This document shows positions 52,301 through 64,000 of a DNA stretch of 64,000 nucleotides, piece after piece (the stretch's first letter is position 1; each line of letters opens with the position of its first letter). The position numbers and the translations under genes are program-made. Where the stretch lies: assembly GCA_023213395.1 (NCBI GenBank), contig CM041465.1, forward strand, positions 116,629,741 to 116,693,740. The letters are read 5' to 3'. Source of the DNA: Cycas panzhihuaensis. Its lineage: Eukaryota; Plantae; Cycadophyta. The notes beneath the pieces were generated by a model. It was not told where the DNA came from and did not search any database. It saw only the letters and a list, made by a program, of their open reading frames with translations.

Positions 52301-53860
52301 AATTCTTCAATGTCATGACCATGAGCTTTCTAAAGAATTTGTTGAAACTCAAAGACCCATACCTTCCCCTAGTCATAGAAAATAATAAATTAAGAGAATA
52401 ACAAAAATGGGGAACACCTAGATCACACTTTGTACTAACAAAATTGGTAGTAACTAGCCTAGAATTCTCTTTAATCAAACCCCTTCTCTATATTCCTTTC
52501 ATCATTTATATTCTCCATCCTTTATTACATGACCCTTTAGAGGGAAATAACCAAGGCAATAATTTTAAAAATCACCCTAATTTTAGGATATCAATTGCCT
52601 ATAAGTTCTATTTTCCCTACCTTCTCAAATTTTAAAAATTTCATAGTAGCCTAAATGGTGACTCAACACCCACTAGAAGATATATGTCTTCAGTGCTTCC
52701 TTTAATTATATTACTAATATTAGCACTGTGTTCAAATCATAAAGAGACACAAAACAAATCCTAATGAATAACCTTTTTCAAATCTAAAGGAGTATAAGAA
52801 ACTAGAATTAATTATAATACACCCAACCTTACCACTATCTCCTTGTGTAAAGTCTGAATTAGTTGAAGTTTAAATACTCCTCTAAAGGTGATAACTTTTG
52901 ATCTTATTCTTTCAACAAATGCTTTAGAATCACTTGGTTGAAATTATAAGCTAAAATTATATCCTCCCACCCCACTAGTGGAACCCCTTAATCAAAGTTT
53001 AGTTGTTTCCATTTTGAGTTTGTTTTGGTTGTCATCAGGTCATAAAAATCCTTTTTATCCATCACTTCTTAATCCTTCAATATTCTTAGATCAAATGAGG
53101 TATCAAGAGATGTGAGATTAAGCAAAATAAGATCTAATATTTCATCAACCTCCTTAGTCTCTCTCTCAATCACTTTGCCCTTTTCAATACTAGAGTCTAA
53201 GACATACTTCCATTTGAGAATAAATAACTTGTGGGCTTGGTTGGTCTGAGTAACATCAATAGTGAATTACTTCTTAAAATTATTAAATTTATTACTCTCT
53301 TATAGTTCTTATTGGTAAGTCAAGAGTACATTGGTTATTTCTTCACTCAACCCCTTAACTCTTGTTTGAATGTTAAGAATTCTATTAAAGATATCCCAAA
53401 GTAATGGTTTTAGATTCTCCTCTTCCTTACATAGCTTATCTACCATACACATTATAAATTGTAGGTTCTTGGATGCTATCCCTACATTCTTTATTGTTTT
53501 CTCAACCATGAGTGCAAGTATCTCTTGTAGGAATTTAATAAATATGCTATCACTCCAAGCCTTAGGAAATTATCTAATACAAGTATTCACCATTATGTTC
53601 TTATCTTGAAGAGCCTTATTCTCTTACATTATAAGTAGTAATTAACTTTAAATATTTGTTATTTTTTCCTTAACTAGTTGTCTTATGGCTAGATGTAAAT
53701 CTATAAACTCTACTTTTGTATTATTCTTGATTAACTAGGATGTGAATTCCACTTCTCTTTTTCCTTTGACCACTATCCTTTTCACGCTCTCATCTCCTTT
53801 GCTTCATTGATAGAAGTTACTTCAATGGTTGTGTCCAAGGCCAATAGCTTGATAAGAATC
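46327..53860 (-). repeat. 5' copy of the Tat terminal repeat, split by the 46637-51827 chromovirus
   Basis: Homologous to 21896-24270 and adjacent to the minus-strand PBS-like TGGGAACCATATCGAGGA and gag. Confidence 0.8.
46637..51827 (+). mobile_element. Highly degenerate chromoviral gypsy; protease region apparently deleted
   Basis: LTRs 46637-46904 and 51520-51827, TSD ACATA/ATATA, decayed Met PBS about 46907-46917. gag about 47560-48620, RT about 48830-49500, RH, INT (HRLHGFPKMIINDRDCKF), chromodomain relic about 51340-51470. Confidence 0.88.
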
Positions 53861-53880
53861 TATTTCTCATAATTTAGGAA

Positions 53881-56800
53881 TGATATGGATAAAATAGATA
53901 AGTAAAGTTATGGACTCAAAACCTACTTAACATAGCTTAGATTAGCTTTCTTGAGTATGTCCCTAAGTTTGATTATTGATTTTTTAGATGTGTTGATCAT
54001 ATCTTTTCTCGATGATGATTTTAACCATGGTCGATGGTTATATTATCATCCCTTTGAGCTTAATGAGGTGAGAAAGGCCACCTACCACCTTTTTAAGATA
54101 TAGTTTATCCCTTTATTGCTCTATTTGCATCCTTCGTCTTGCCTTACTTTGTTAGCTTTATTTTTTCCCATTTTTTCTCTTTATTCCCTATTTTCTTCTT
54201 ATCTTGCTACCCTTCTTACCCATCTCACCTTATATTTTATCATCCTACATTGATTGATGATTTTTTTTATCATTATTTTGTATAATAAACTTGTATTTAC
54301 TAGTTCTTTATGGTATCACAAAGATTCTTTGTGGGACCATATGAAACTTTACAATATGAATTTTTTCTAAACCCACATTTGGTCGTGTATTAATGGATCC
54401 TAAATACATGCATAATTTAATGCCATACCAAATTTATGGATAGCCCATTAGCTTTATTAAAACCGTGGGCCATGTCACATCTAAAAGTAATGTCTCCCAT
54501 GGGTTTGGGCCAAATCCATGGGTAATTTACCCATGGTTTTAGGCCCATGTTTTCTTCCCATCTAATGGGCTTGAAACCATGGGCTTAACCCTTGACCCTC
54601 TCCTATTTAAGCCTTTATTTTTCTAATGGAAGGGGAGGTTAAGAAATTTCATATTGAATTGTTATTATATTTCTAGAATCCCACTAAACTTATTAATCTC
54701 TCATTGATCCTCATATTGGATTCCACTTTGGGCTTCATAGCTACTTATTATTTATGATAGAGCATTCATTAGCTAGACAAACTCTACCATAAGCTTCCTC
54801 TTTACCATTTAAAGTAATGTAATCCTTGTACCACTTTAGTTGGGTATTTATCCAAGGTTTGAATTAGCATTTTTATGGTTTATAGAGCATTGGTTTGCAT
54901 CTTATTTTCTTTCTATTTTATGTCACTTGACCTCTTATTTTTCTACTATCATCCTACTTACTTTTACCTTGTCTAAGTATAAAGTGTCTTATGGAGAGAA
55001 TAATGGCCAAGTACTACTTGGTAAGTTTCTAAAGGAGGGGATCAATCAACCATTTCTTAGGATCCCTTCCTTGCATCCTATTAGTCATCTAGTTGTTTTG
55101 CATACTTCACCTAATATATTACTTTATATATATCTTCCATGTTATAAAAGTGGTGCATGCTATCAAGCCTTTTGCAAGTGGAGGGGCTCATATTTTTTGC
55201 AAGTTTTCAGAGCATTTGGAGTAGGTCAAGCTCCTTTTCCTCTATTTCTTATTAATCCCCTTCTCATTAAGTTTGAGTGCCTATTACACAACTGGCATGC
55301 TATTGGAAGTTTGAAATATACATCAAATATAAGGTAAGTAACAAACCTCCTTTTTTGATTTTTTCACAATATCTAAGGTTAGATTAAAAATATTTTTCTA
55401 TCATAGTTTAATCTCACAAGCAAAAATACTATTAGATTTTTGCTAGAAATTTAATTTTTTATAATTTCTTACTCCACTAACCTTATTGTAAGTCTATTTG
55501 ATGATTTGATATATGAAAATTTCTATTAAAAAAATATAAAATTTATGGATTTGGGTAGTTTGTTAAGTATTCCTTATCAAACCCCTCCTAAATAGTCCTT
55601 TCTTTTGCTTCCAAATTAAAAAAGAAAAGAGAAAAATGTCTTTCTCTTATTTGATAGTTTCATTTTAAAAGAGGAAAAGGTAGGAAATATTGGTTTTCCT
55701 ACTCATTTGAGTATTTTTGATTGATATTCATCCACTCTTACCATTAGGTCTCTTTTTTCATTATATAACGAGAAAGGAAAACAAAAAAAGGGGGTACAAA
55801 ATAACTTTTTTCCATTACATTCTATAGTAATTTTGCATCTTTATTTTTCTTGACATATGCTTGTTTTTGGAGACTAAGCAAAGGAGAGGGCCATACTTAT
55901 TACAAGTCCTTAAATCCATAGGGCTATATTTACTTTTAGTTAATTATGATTCTATGTTATTTTTATGCAATTACAAGTGTATGCTAATTACAATAGGGGT
56001 TTGACCTTACGTCTTTAATCTTTATAGGATAGGGTCCTTCTTTCCACTAAAGAGGGGGGCAATTTACTTTCTACTTAAATATTGAGTCTCTGATCTATAT
56101 TTCTAATAGGCAGTTGAAGGGTGCTTGTCCTTGCCATGTGATAATGCATAAGTCGTGGATATTTAAGTGAACTTTATCTCTCCTATTAAGAGCAATGTCC
56201 TCTATCTTCCTTCACTCTCATAGAGATTGAGGTTTATTAGAATTAAATGCATGTATTATTAGACCACTCTTACATTTATGTGAGATCCATAGATAGTACT
56301 AACAAGTCTCCACTGACTTATCCATAAGTGAATCTATTATATGGTCTTAAATACTTTAGACCTCTCACTATTGGCAGTCCTTTCTTTTTCTTATAGATTG
56401 AGTTCATCACATTAGGTTAAGTAAGAGTTAGAGGATTGGGATAGGTTAATTAGCTTACAAGTTTTAGGTTCCATAGGTTAGGCATATAGTTATGTAGGAT
56501 ATGTGGGTACTTGTTCTTAATCAACCCTCTTACACCACAATGGCATTATGTGATGTTTGCCCCTCTTGAGGATGTCAACATAAGTGATTGATATTATCTC
56601 AGCATTTACTAGACTTATTTCATTTAACTATGTTTGTTGATTATTATATATTTGTCTCATCTACCTAATTACACCATCTTTTCATCTTTTATTAGCACTT
56701 AGTATTATAATTTATTTCTTTCTTATTGATCTTTATATAACATATCGAATACATATCACATAGCCCTTAGTCCTAGCTAACCAATCAAGTATTTTCTACC

Positions 56801-59800
56801 CTACATCTATGTAGACATGATGTATAAGCATCCTATAGAGAGTGTATTCTCACACTCTCCCTTGCTTGAGTCCCCCCTCATACTTTGGATTTATCATGAG
56901 GCAATAATTTACATGTACTCTCCTCTCGACTGTTCATGTTCACTAGTAACCTTACTAGGGACTTACTAGTAGGGTGTTGGCTTTATATTTCTTTGTCTTT
57001 ACCCTCCTCTTTCTTTTATTTTGGCCCTTTTAATTAGGGCATGATTTTGATCATGGTTTATATGAGGATCTCTCATGTGTTCCCCTTTCTCTTAAGAGCT
57101 TAGTGCATGCCACCCCACCTCTCTATATTTGTGTTCTTTCTCTTTTCTTTCTTCTATTATATACAATGACTATTTTGCCACCTTTGAGGCATGGCCTCAT
57201 CTAAGCTTGATTTGAATGGTCTACCTGTCTCCTCACCTGATGAGCCATCTTTGATAGTAGGTAATATCCCTCTTAAGTGGTCCTAAGACTCCTTCCATCC
57301 TTAACCTCTTAACCAGCCTCAAGACCCTTATCAAATGCAGGATCCCTATCAGGCCTATGCCTAAGATTGGTCCAAAATCATTAAGTATTACCCTCCCTAC
57401 CTACCTTATTAAGATGATGTGGACCCTACCTACCAAGTCTATGATGATGAAGGGTTCTATTAAAACCTTGTACGCTCTCCTGCCCATGTGATTGGGATTG
57501 TCGAACCCTAAAGCTATTATCTCAAACCTTTCCTTTCAACTAACCTAAGGTGCTAAGTAAGTATTGGACCTATTTCAAACCCAAAACATAGGCTAGGGTG
57601 CTATATTCACTCTAAAACCTAATTTGAGATAGTTATAAGTGAAGCTACCTCTACCTATGCCTATTGTCTAGTTTTTAGTACCCCTACCTCCTCTATGCCC
57701 ATCCCAGCTTCATCATTATCTAATTAACCTTATCCTACCTTCTAAACCATTCTTTAACCTTCACATCCACTTACTTAGCCTTTATTGATAGTAGTCCAAT
57801 TTATGGGTCCCTCATCTAGAGTGATCTCTTAGCCCTCTCAAGCCTTATCTCAGTCTAGGTCCTTTATTCCCACTTTGATTCTTGAATCTTCTAGCTTGCA
57901 TGCTTCTATTCCTTAATCAAGTTCCACTTGGATGTCCCATTTTATTCTACCTTTCCCACCTTATCCTTGTTACATAAGACTTGGTGGCATCCCTTAGCCT
58001 CTCCCCATCTTTACTAGCTTGATCCATCTGTCTATATCACACCTAGCTCTATTGATTAATTGTGGGGGCAGGGTGGACCTCATCCCTTAATTACATATGG
58101 TGTTAATCCACTTCATCCATATAGGGCTTCCCTTCTAATTGGAGGCCCATATGGGAAAAATCATTTACCTTATCCTTCATCATATTTTTCTCCTCCTTAT
58201 CTATCATATCCCAACCTACACCTACTTATCAAGTCCCACCTGTCTAACCCTACCAAGCTCAAGCTACCACTCCTTCTATCCCACCTTATGCTATAGGTCC
58301 TTAGGGAGTTATAGATCAATGTGGTCCATCATACTAACCCCCTCCATATGGTTCCTTAGGTTATTCCTACCCACCCCCTTGTGATCCTTAACTATATGAC
58401 CAAATGGTACCATAATATATGGCTGGGGCCATCCCTTAGTTAGATCCTTAGTACCAACCCTACTAGTAAGTGTAGGGCCTAATTTCAACCTACTAGTCTA
58501 TCCTAACTTGTTTGTCCCCCTCTTGATCCTTTAGTCCAACCTAGGGTACACCCCTTTGTTAACTATAGAACTAGCCCTCTTTTTCGTAAAGCTTTTAGAA
58601 CTAATTTGACTCCCCACCCTCTTGAAGTACCTAAGTTTCAAGGTAATTTATCTTAAGATCCTACTAATCATATTCAAGCATTTGCCATGGAGTGTATTAA
58701 TTATTAATCTTACAATGACATCTTAATAAAGTTATTTCTAAGGTCTCTTTAAGAGGATACTCTCAAATGGTTTTATCATCTCGCATCCCACTCTATTATT
58801 TGATTTCAATAGTTAGTTGACACTTTTGTCAACTACTTTGATGTTATCCATTTTATTGAGAATGGGGCTAAATCCTTTCTCTCTTTAAAATAAGGCATAG
58901 ATAAGCTCAATAGAGACTTCATGCACTGATTCCATGATCTCCTCTATTCCTTTAAGGCCATGCTGCTTGAGGATCTTAAAAGATATATTTTCATCAATGC
59001 CCTTCACCCAAAGGTCCATACTAAAGTACTCAACATGGGTATGATGATATGTGACTCTACCATAGCCAAGTTCCTTTCCCTTAAGTCTATTAAGATCCAA
59101 ACCAATCTCATGAAGGTTAATAAACCTCCCTTACATCATGAGGTATTACCTCCCTATGAGGTTAAAGGTTGCACTAACAATACTAATAGAACCATGGACT
59201 CTCTCACTTTAGTCATTTTCTTATATGAGCAAGTTATTAAAGACTAAAAGCTCTAGCCATCTCATCTCTAAATCAATTATCTACTCCTTCATATGGGTGT
59301 ATGCATATCCACTAAGTTAACTAGACTACTTCTCAACATAAATAGGAGAAATCCTACCCTTACCTAAGACAAGAAAACCTAATCTCCTCCTAAAAGGTAA
59401 TGGTACATTATTCATAAGAAATGTACCCATAGCGATGCCCAATATTGGAGCCAACATCTCAAGTAATCAGTCCCTTAGGATCCCCCTCCATAACCTATAT
59501 CTAAACCAAATATTAACCAACCAATACACTAAGATCACTTCCTAAGCCATGACGCTCCTAAGTAGTCAACCCAAAAACATGATCAATGAAGAAGGAGATA
59601 ACCCTAACCTTAAAGAAAACCACTAGCTAGCCCTATCCTTGAATATTCTAAGGATAAGGCCCAAGTTAAGCTAGCAAGATCCACCACACCTAAGATCCAA
59701 GACCCAACCCCATGCCATCTAATGTTATAATGCTAAGGGAAAAGGGGTCATATAGATGCTCAATACTACCTAGGATTTTCCCATGACTCATGCTCAAGTA

Positions 59801-62800
59801 GTTAAGGAAACCAGAGAAGCCTCTTCTTCTCACTAATCACCTATTGACCCTTCTCTTATTGAGATCCCTATCTTACCTAAGATAATTCTTATCCATCCTA
59901 GTTTAGAAGGACCCTTCCCCAACCCACTGGTAAGGGGAAGACTTCCTCCTTCATAGAGGAGCTTCACACCATCCCCATAGGTATATCCATGATGGGTATC
60001 ATGTGAAGTTCTCTTGACTAATAGAACCTACTTTTGGAAACCCATGGGCATAAGGAATTTCTCATTCACACTATTACCACCATCTCTTTAGATGAACTCA
60101 TTTCTTTCAACCCTAATGATCTACCACCTACTAAGGAGTATAAGTGTTATTTGTACCATCGTTTTTAATCATCATTAAAATCCATAACTTTTTCTTGAAA
60201 AGAATCATTATCAATAATGGGTATTTGATCAATGCCATGCCTAAATAAATGCTTGAGAAACTAGGCATTGGGACCCTTGATCTAGTTTTATAGAAGTGCC
60301 AAGGATATAATAGAAATAAGAAGGCATCCCTTAGGGTAGTAACCCTCTCCTTAACCCTTGAGGATAAAACCATTCTCACTGATATTGTTATCCTTAATAT
60401 TGATATAGATTATAACCTCCTTCTAGGATGGCCTTGGTTAGTCTAGATGGAGAAAGTTTGCTCTTTATTATGGGGCCAATTAAGATTCATCCATAATAGA
60501 AGAGTTCATATTATGACTTGTGAGCCTCACCCTCCTCAATCCTCCTAGCTATTTATATAAGCCATCTTCAATACCAAGTATGGTGAGATTGAAAAACCTA
60601 ACCCTTACCTTCCCACCTTCTTTCAAGACCATAACCTTTAACCTAGAGAGGACCCCCCTTCTCCTAGGCCAAATATAGTCTACTTTATCCCTATTAGCAA
60701 AAGCAATTATGGCTACCTAGCCATCCTTAGTGGCTTTGAGTTTAATGTTGAGGACTTTGAGCCACTTACATATTAGATGGTTGCCATCTCTCAATCTAAA
60801 AGAGAATCATCTCATGTAAATATTCCCTCTCCTTTTGGTCCTTCTCTAAGGGGCTGCTAATATGCCTTAATCTTAGTAAGATCATGTTAAAACCCCATAA
60901 GTTAAACTTATATGACCTTTGCCCTATAAGGTATCTCCCTTCTATTAAGCTTAGCTCATCTACCCTTCCAACCAACTTATCCATAACCATCATCTTGATC
61001 ATTCCTAAGAGACTCTTAAGCCATAGGACCTGGCTTGGGCTACCTCCCACCTCTTATATAAGTAACCTTCCAAGGGGGAGTTCCCTAACTAGTTAGCCAT
61101 TTGGACAACATACTTAAGGACCACAAATCCCTTATCTACTATTAATAGACACTCTTTTCCCCCACCATGAACCATTAATATGATTTGACATGTGTGGGAT
61201 TTCCCTAATCCTATTTTTATTTAGCTTGATCTAGACTAAGTTTCCCTTTACTATGATTTAAATAGTGGGTCTAATTCAACCTTTTCCCATGATAAGTCCA
61301 TTATTTATAAACCTTCTCCTCCTATTCTTTTTCTAAAGACTAACAGCCCCTCTATCTTATATCTTGATCTAGAGTAAGACCTAGACAACTTGTCCCTTGA
61401 TCCTCTAACTAAAATGTTTTCTCTCACTTCTATCTTACATATATATTCTAACTCATTACTTTGATTAGGAATTTGATAGGTATATGAACCCCCCTATTGA
61501 AAGGTTTATCTCTCCTATTATATTCAAAACCATCCATGGGGTTGATTATTTTGAGAATAATGAGGTCCTACTTAAGTACCTAACTAATGTATCTCCTAAC
61601 CTTCCTCTAAATCACCACAAGTTTAGGTTTTGGAAGTGTTTAAATAATGGATCCTTCCTTGCTAATCCCAATACCACACAACCTCTCTCTAACCTACCCA
61701 TTAATTGGGCCCCTCATCACTTTCAGGAGGGGAACATACTCCTTTTAGGAGAAACCATATATATCACTCTTTCCCTAGGCAAAATCATTAAAATTAAAGT
61801 TGAATGATTACCTAGCAAGATGTGTGAATACACTATATTATTCTAGGAATTCTAAGACATTTTTGTGTGGTACTACACTGACATGAAGGACATAATCCTC
61901 AAGATCATTACCTATAATCTTACCATGATTCTCAAAGCCATGTCTCTTTAACAAAATTAATACCCCATTCACCCAAAGCTCTCTATAGTCATAAAAATAG
62001 AAGTGGAAATTTTTCATAATATTAGCCTCATCACCTTAATTAACTACCCTAGTTGGGTATCCAACATTGTGCTTATTACAAAAAAGAATGAGGCCATATA
62101 CATTTGTATTAAATTCAAATACATAAATAATGCATGCCCTAAGGATAACTTTACCCTCCAATTTATCAACTAGATCATTGATAGGATGGTGGGTTTTGAA
62201 GTTATGCCCTTAATGTATGGCTTCTTAGACTATAATTAGATCTAAATTTTGTCAAAGGACCATCACAAGATGGCCTTTACCACCCCATAGGGGACCCTCA
62301 CCTATTTGGAAATGCCCTTTGGCCTTAAAAATATTGGTGTAATATACTAATGGGAAACACATTTCATTGTCTATTACCTTATTAATAATTTTCTTGAGGT
62401 ATTTATCGATAACCCATTGGGCCTCTCACATAAGAAGACTAATCATACAACCAACCTTAGGATTTTTTTTTTAAGATGTTGAAAATTTCATGTTAACATA
62501 AACCCATACAAACATATAGTTATTGTTATAATTGGTAAGTTATTAGGTTTTCTTATCTCTTAGAAAGGGGTCCAAGTCAATCTTAGTAACGTCAAAGTTA
62601 TCCTAAAGATACCCATGCCTAAAACCCAAAAGTAGATTATATCTTTCCTAAGTCATTTAGGTTTCTTATGGAATTTCTTAACACACTTTGTCATGAATTC
62701 TAAACCCTTGATGAATCTCCTCAAGAAGGAGGCCCCATTCATTTAGACCCCAATAACTCAAGTTATTTTTTAAGAGCTCAAGCAAGCTCTCATTTCACCC

Positions 62801-63615
62801 CTTATTCTAGCTTTCCTAATGTTTGAACAACCATTTATCTTATGTATGTCCTTCATAAATGATTATATTAGAGCCATGCTAGCTCAAGAGGATGATGCCA
62901 AAACTAAATGGGCTATTTACTTTATTAATTAGACTTTAGTAATCATTGAAATCAACTATACCCTACCAAAAATGAGTGTTTAGCCATGTTATTTACCATT
63001 AAAAATTTAAGACACTATCTCGTAGGAAACACCATGGATTTCATCGTTCAATCTGAACCCCTATTTTTCTCATAACTAAGTTTCATCTTATAGGTTAAAC
63101 AAGAAATTGGGCCATGCTTTTATAGGAATATAATCTTATGATAATTAATAAGAAGTCTAAAAATAGGATGGTTATAGCTAAGTGACTTACTTATGTGCCC
63201 CTCCTAAATCATTCTAATACCCCTATTAATGATTCCTTACTCAATGAGACCATCTTTGCCTTGAAATAAACTAAAAGATAAAGGCATATTGATAACTAAT
63301 GGTATAGTGATATTATTTACTATATCATTCACTAGACCTACCCTGAAAATATAAGCAATAAGGTTAGACAATATCTAAGGGTTAGTGTCTGATAATACTA
63401 TCTTATTCAAGATGTGTCTTATAAGTAATTATTTAAGGTGATTCCTCTCAAATGTATCAATCTAAATGAGACTAGTCATATTCTCTATAAGTGCCATAAT
63501 AACATATATGAATGCCATTTTACAGGGTAATCAATGGCCTAAAGGATCCTATGCATGGGCTTTTATTAGTCGACACTCTTCAAAGATGCTCATGACTTAT
63601 TAGATAATGTGACAA
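53881..63615 (+). mobile_element. Second copy of the gypsy A family: about 3-kb 5' LTR, gag, PR, RT, RH and the start of INT; left boundary tentative
   Basis: LTR ends GTTCA at 56942, followed by PBS-like TAGTAACCTTACTAGGGAC (56944-56962), consistent with a decayed TGGCGAC...GGGGAC. gag LEVPKFQG..DPTNHIQAF, PR about 60160-60500 (DIDYNLLLGWPWL), RT DIFVWYYTDMK, ACPKDNFTL, MPFGLKN, RH KKLRHYLVG, INT TLFKDAHD. Confidence 0.85.
54442..54611 (+). promoter_or_regulatory. Probable LTR promoter: six site-II (TGGGCY/RGCCCA) motifs upstream of a TATA-like box
   Basis: Motifs at 54442, 54466, 54506, 54542, 54566 and 54580; CCTATTTAAG at 54602-54611. Confidence 0.5.
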
Positions 63616-64000
63616 CAATGTTTTGGAGGAAAAACTTTTGATAAATTGGTAGTATAATTTCCCCCCCAAACTTCTACGAGGGGATCTAAGAGGGATGGGA
63701 GCCCCCTTGGCTAGGGGGTATAGGGGGTTTCATAACTCGCCCCACAAAGAGGGGGTTTGGGATGTAGTAGCCCCTAACCTAAAAATATAGCATTGTAAAA
63801 CATACTATATTGTAAAGAGAATCAGAGTTGTTCATTTAAAATACCCCAAATTTAATAGTTGAGATTTATGCCTTATATGACTCTCTCATATAGCCTAATT
63901 TAGGGTGTTTTTTCATTATGTTAATGGTATTTAATATATTGGATATACTGTATTGAGAAGAGACAATTAGTTATTGTTGCTATGAGTATTTTGCTATAGA
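63616..64000. mobile_element. Unidentified insertion interrupting the integrase zinc finger (possibly a non-autonomous DNA transposon or an LTR start)
   Basis: INT homology stops at about 63615. New sequence begins CAATGTTTTGG and contains G/C-run blocks (63660-63780). The other end is outside the window. Confidence 0.4.

Larger units (their letters stand above)
21896..53880 (-). mobile_element. Tat-type gypsy element with order gag-PR-aRH-RT-RH-INT plus an extra ORF; hosts four nested insertions; far end not resolved
   Basis: Minus strand: degenerate PBS about 46322-46303; gag about 46000-45530 and 38610-38100; PR (NPPFYVSMDIH...HNCIIDIGATHNMMP) about 37680-37330; aRH 37140-36750; RT 36400-28450 in pieces, with YLDD at 28708-28697; RH about 28290-27920; INT about 27830-26880 (TIINYFTRWTKA). 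Terminal repeat 21896-24270 recurs at 46327-53860. Confidence 0.85.

Noticed and set aside
53871-53880. AGGAA as a decayed copy of TSD GGGGA closing the Tat element
   Set aside because: Two mismatches and no CA terminus before it; more likely the flank of the next insertion.
54840-55337. 165-aa ORF, the longest in the track
   Set aside because: Lies within LTR sequence, has a TTG start and hydrophobic low-complexity composition, and shows no recognisable domain.

Overview
A gene-free, AT-rich block of plant heterochromatin. The whole window is a stack of nested, mostly decayed LTR retrotransposons. Tat-type domain order and long LTR-like repeats suggest a non-angiosperm vascular plant such as a gymnosperm or fern (inference). 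I resolved about 11 insertions; six have both ends in the window with 5-bp target-site duplications (TSDs). Left nest, four levels deep: non-chromoviral gypsy A (11993-21895) holds a Ty1/copia (8591-11992), which holds a chromoviral gypsy (1-8590), which holds a young composite insertion (231-6097). That insertion is an unrelated LTR-like segment (231-637) fused to a non-autonomous, gag-only copia (641-6097). The copia carries an antisense, apparently intronless host-gene fragment (At2g33490-like BAR family) and has a primer-binding site (PBS) captured inside both LTRs. Gypsy A also carries an antisense Plant-Mobile-Domain-like pseudo-ORF. Centre: a minus-strand Tat element (21896 to about 53880) with PR-aRH-RT-RH-INT order and a terminal repeat that overlaps an extra ORF. 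It is interrupted by an internally deleted copia (29184-32189), a LARD-like copia derivative (32266-36307) and two chromoviruses (38616-45527, 46637-51827). Right: a second copy of the gypsy A family (about 53881-63615), cut by an unidentified insertion. I found no intact host gene, RNA gene or CRISPR array. All protein family calls come from motif recognition by eye, not from database searches.
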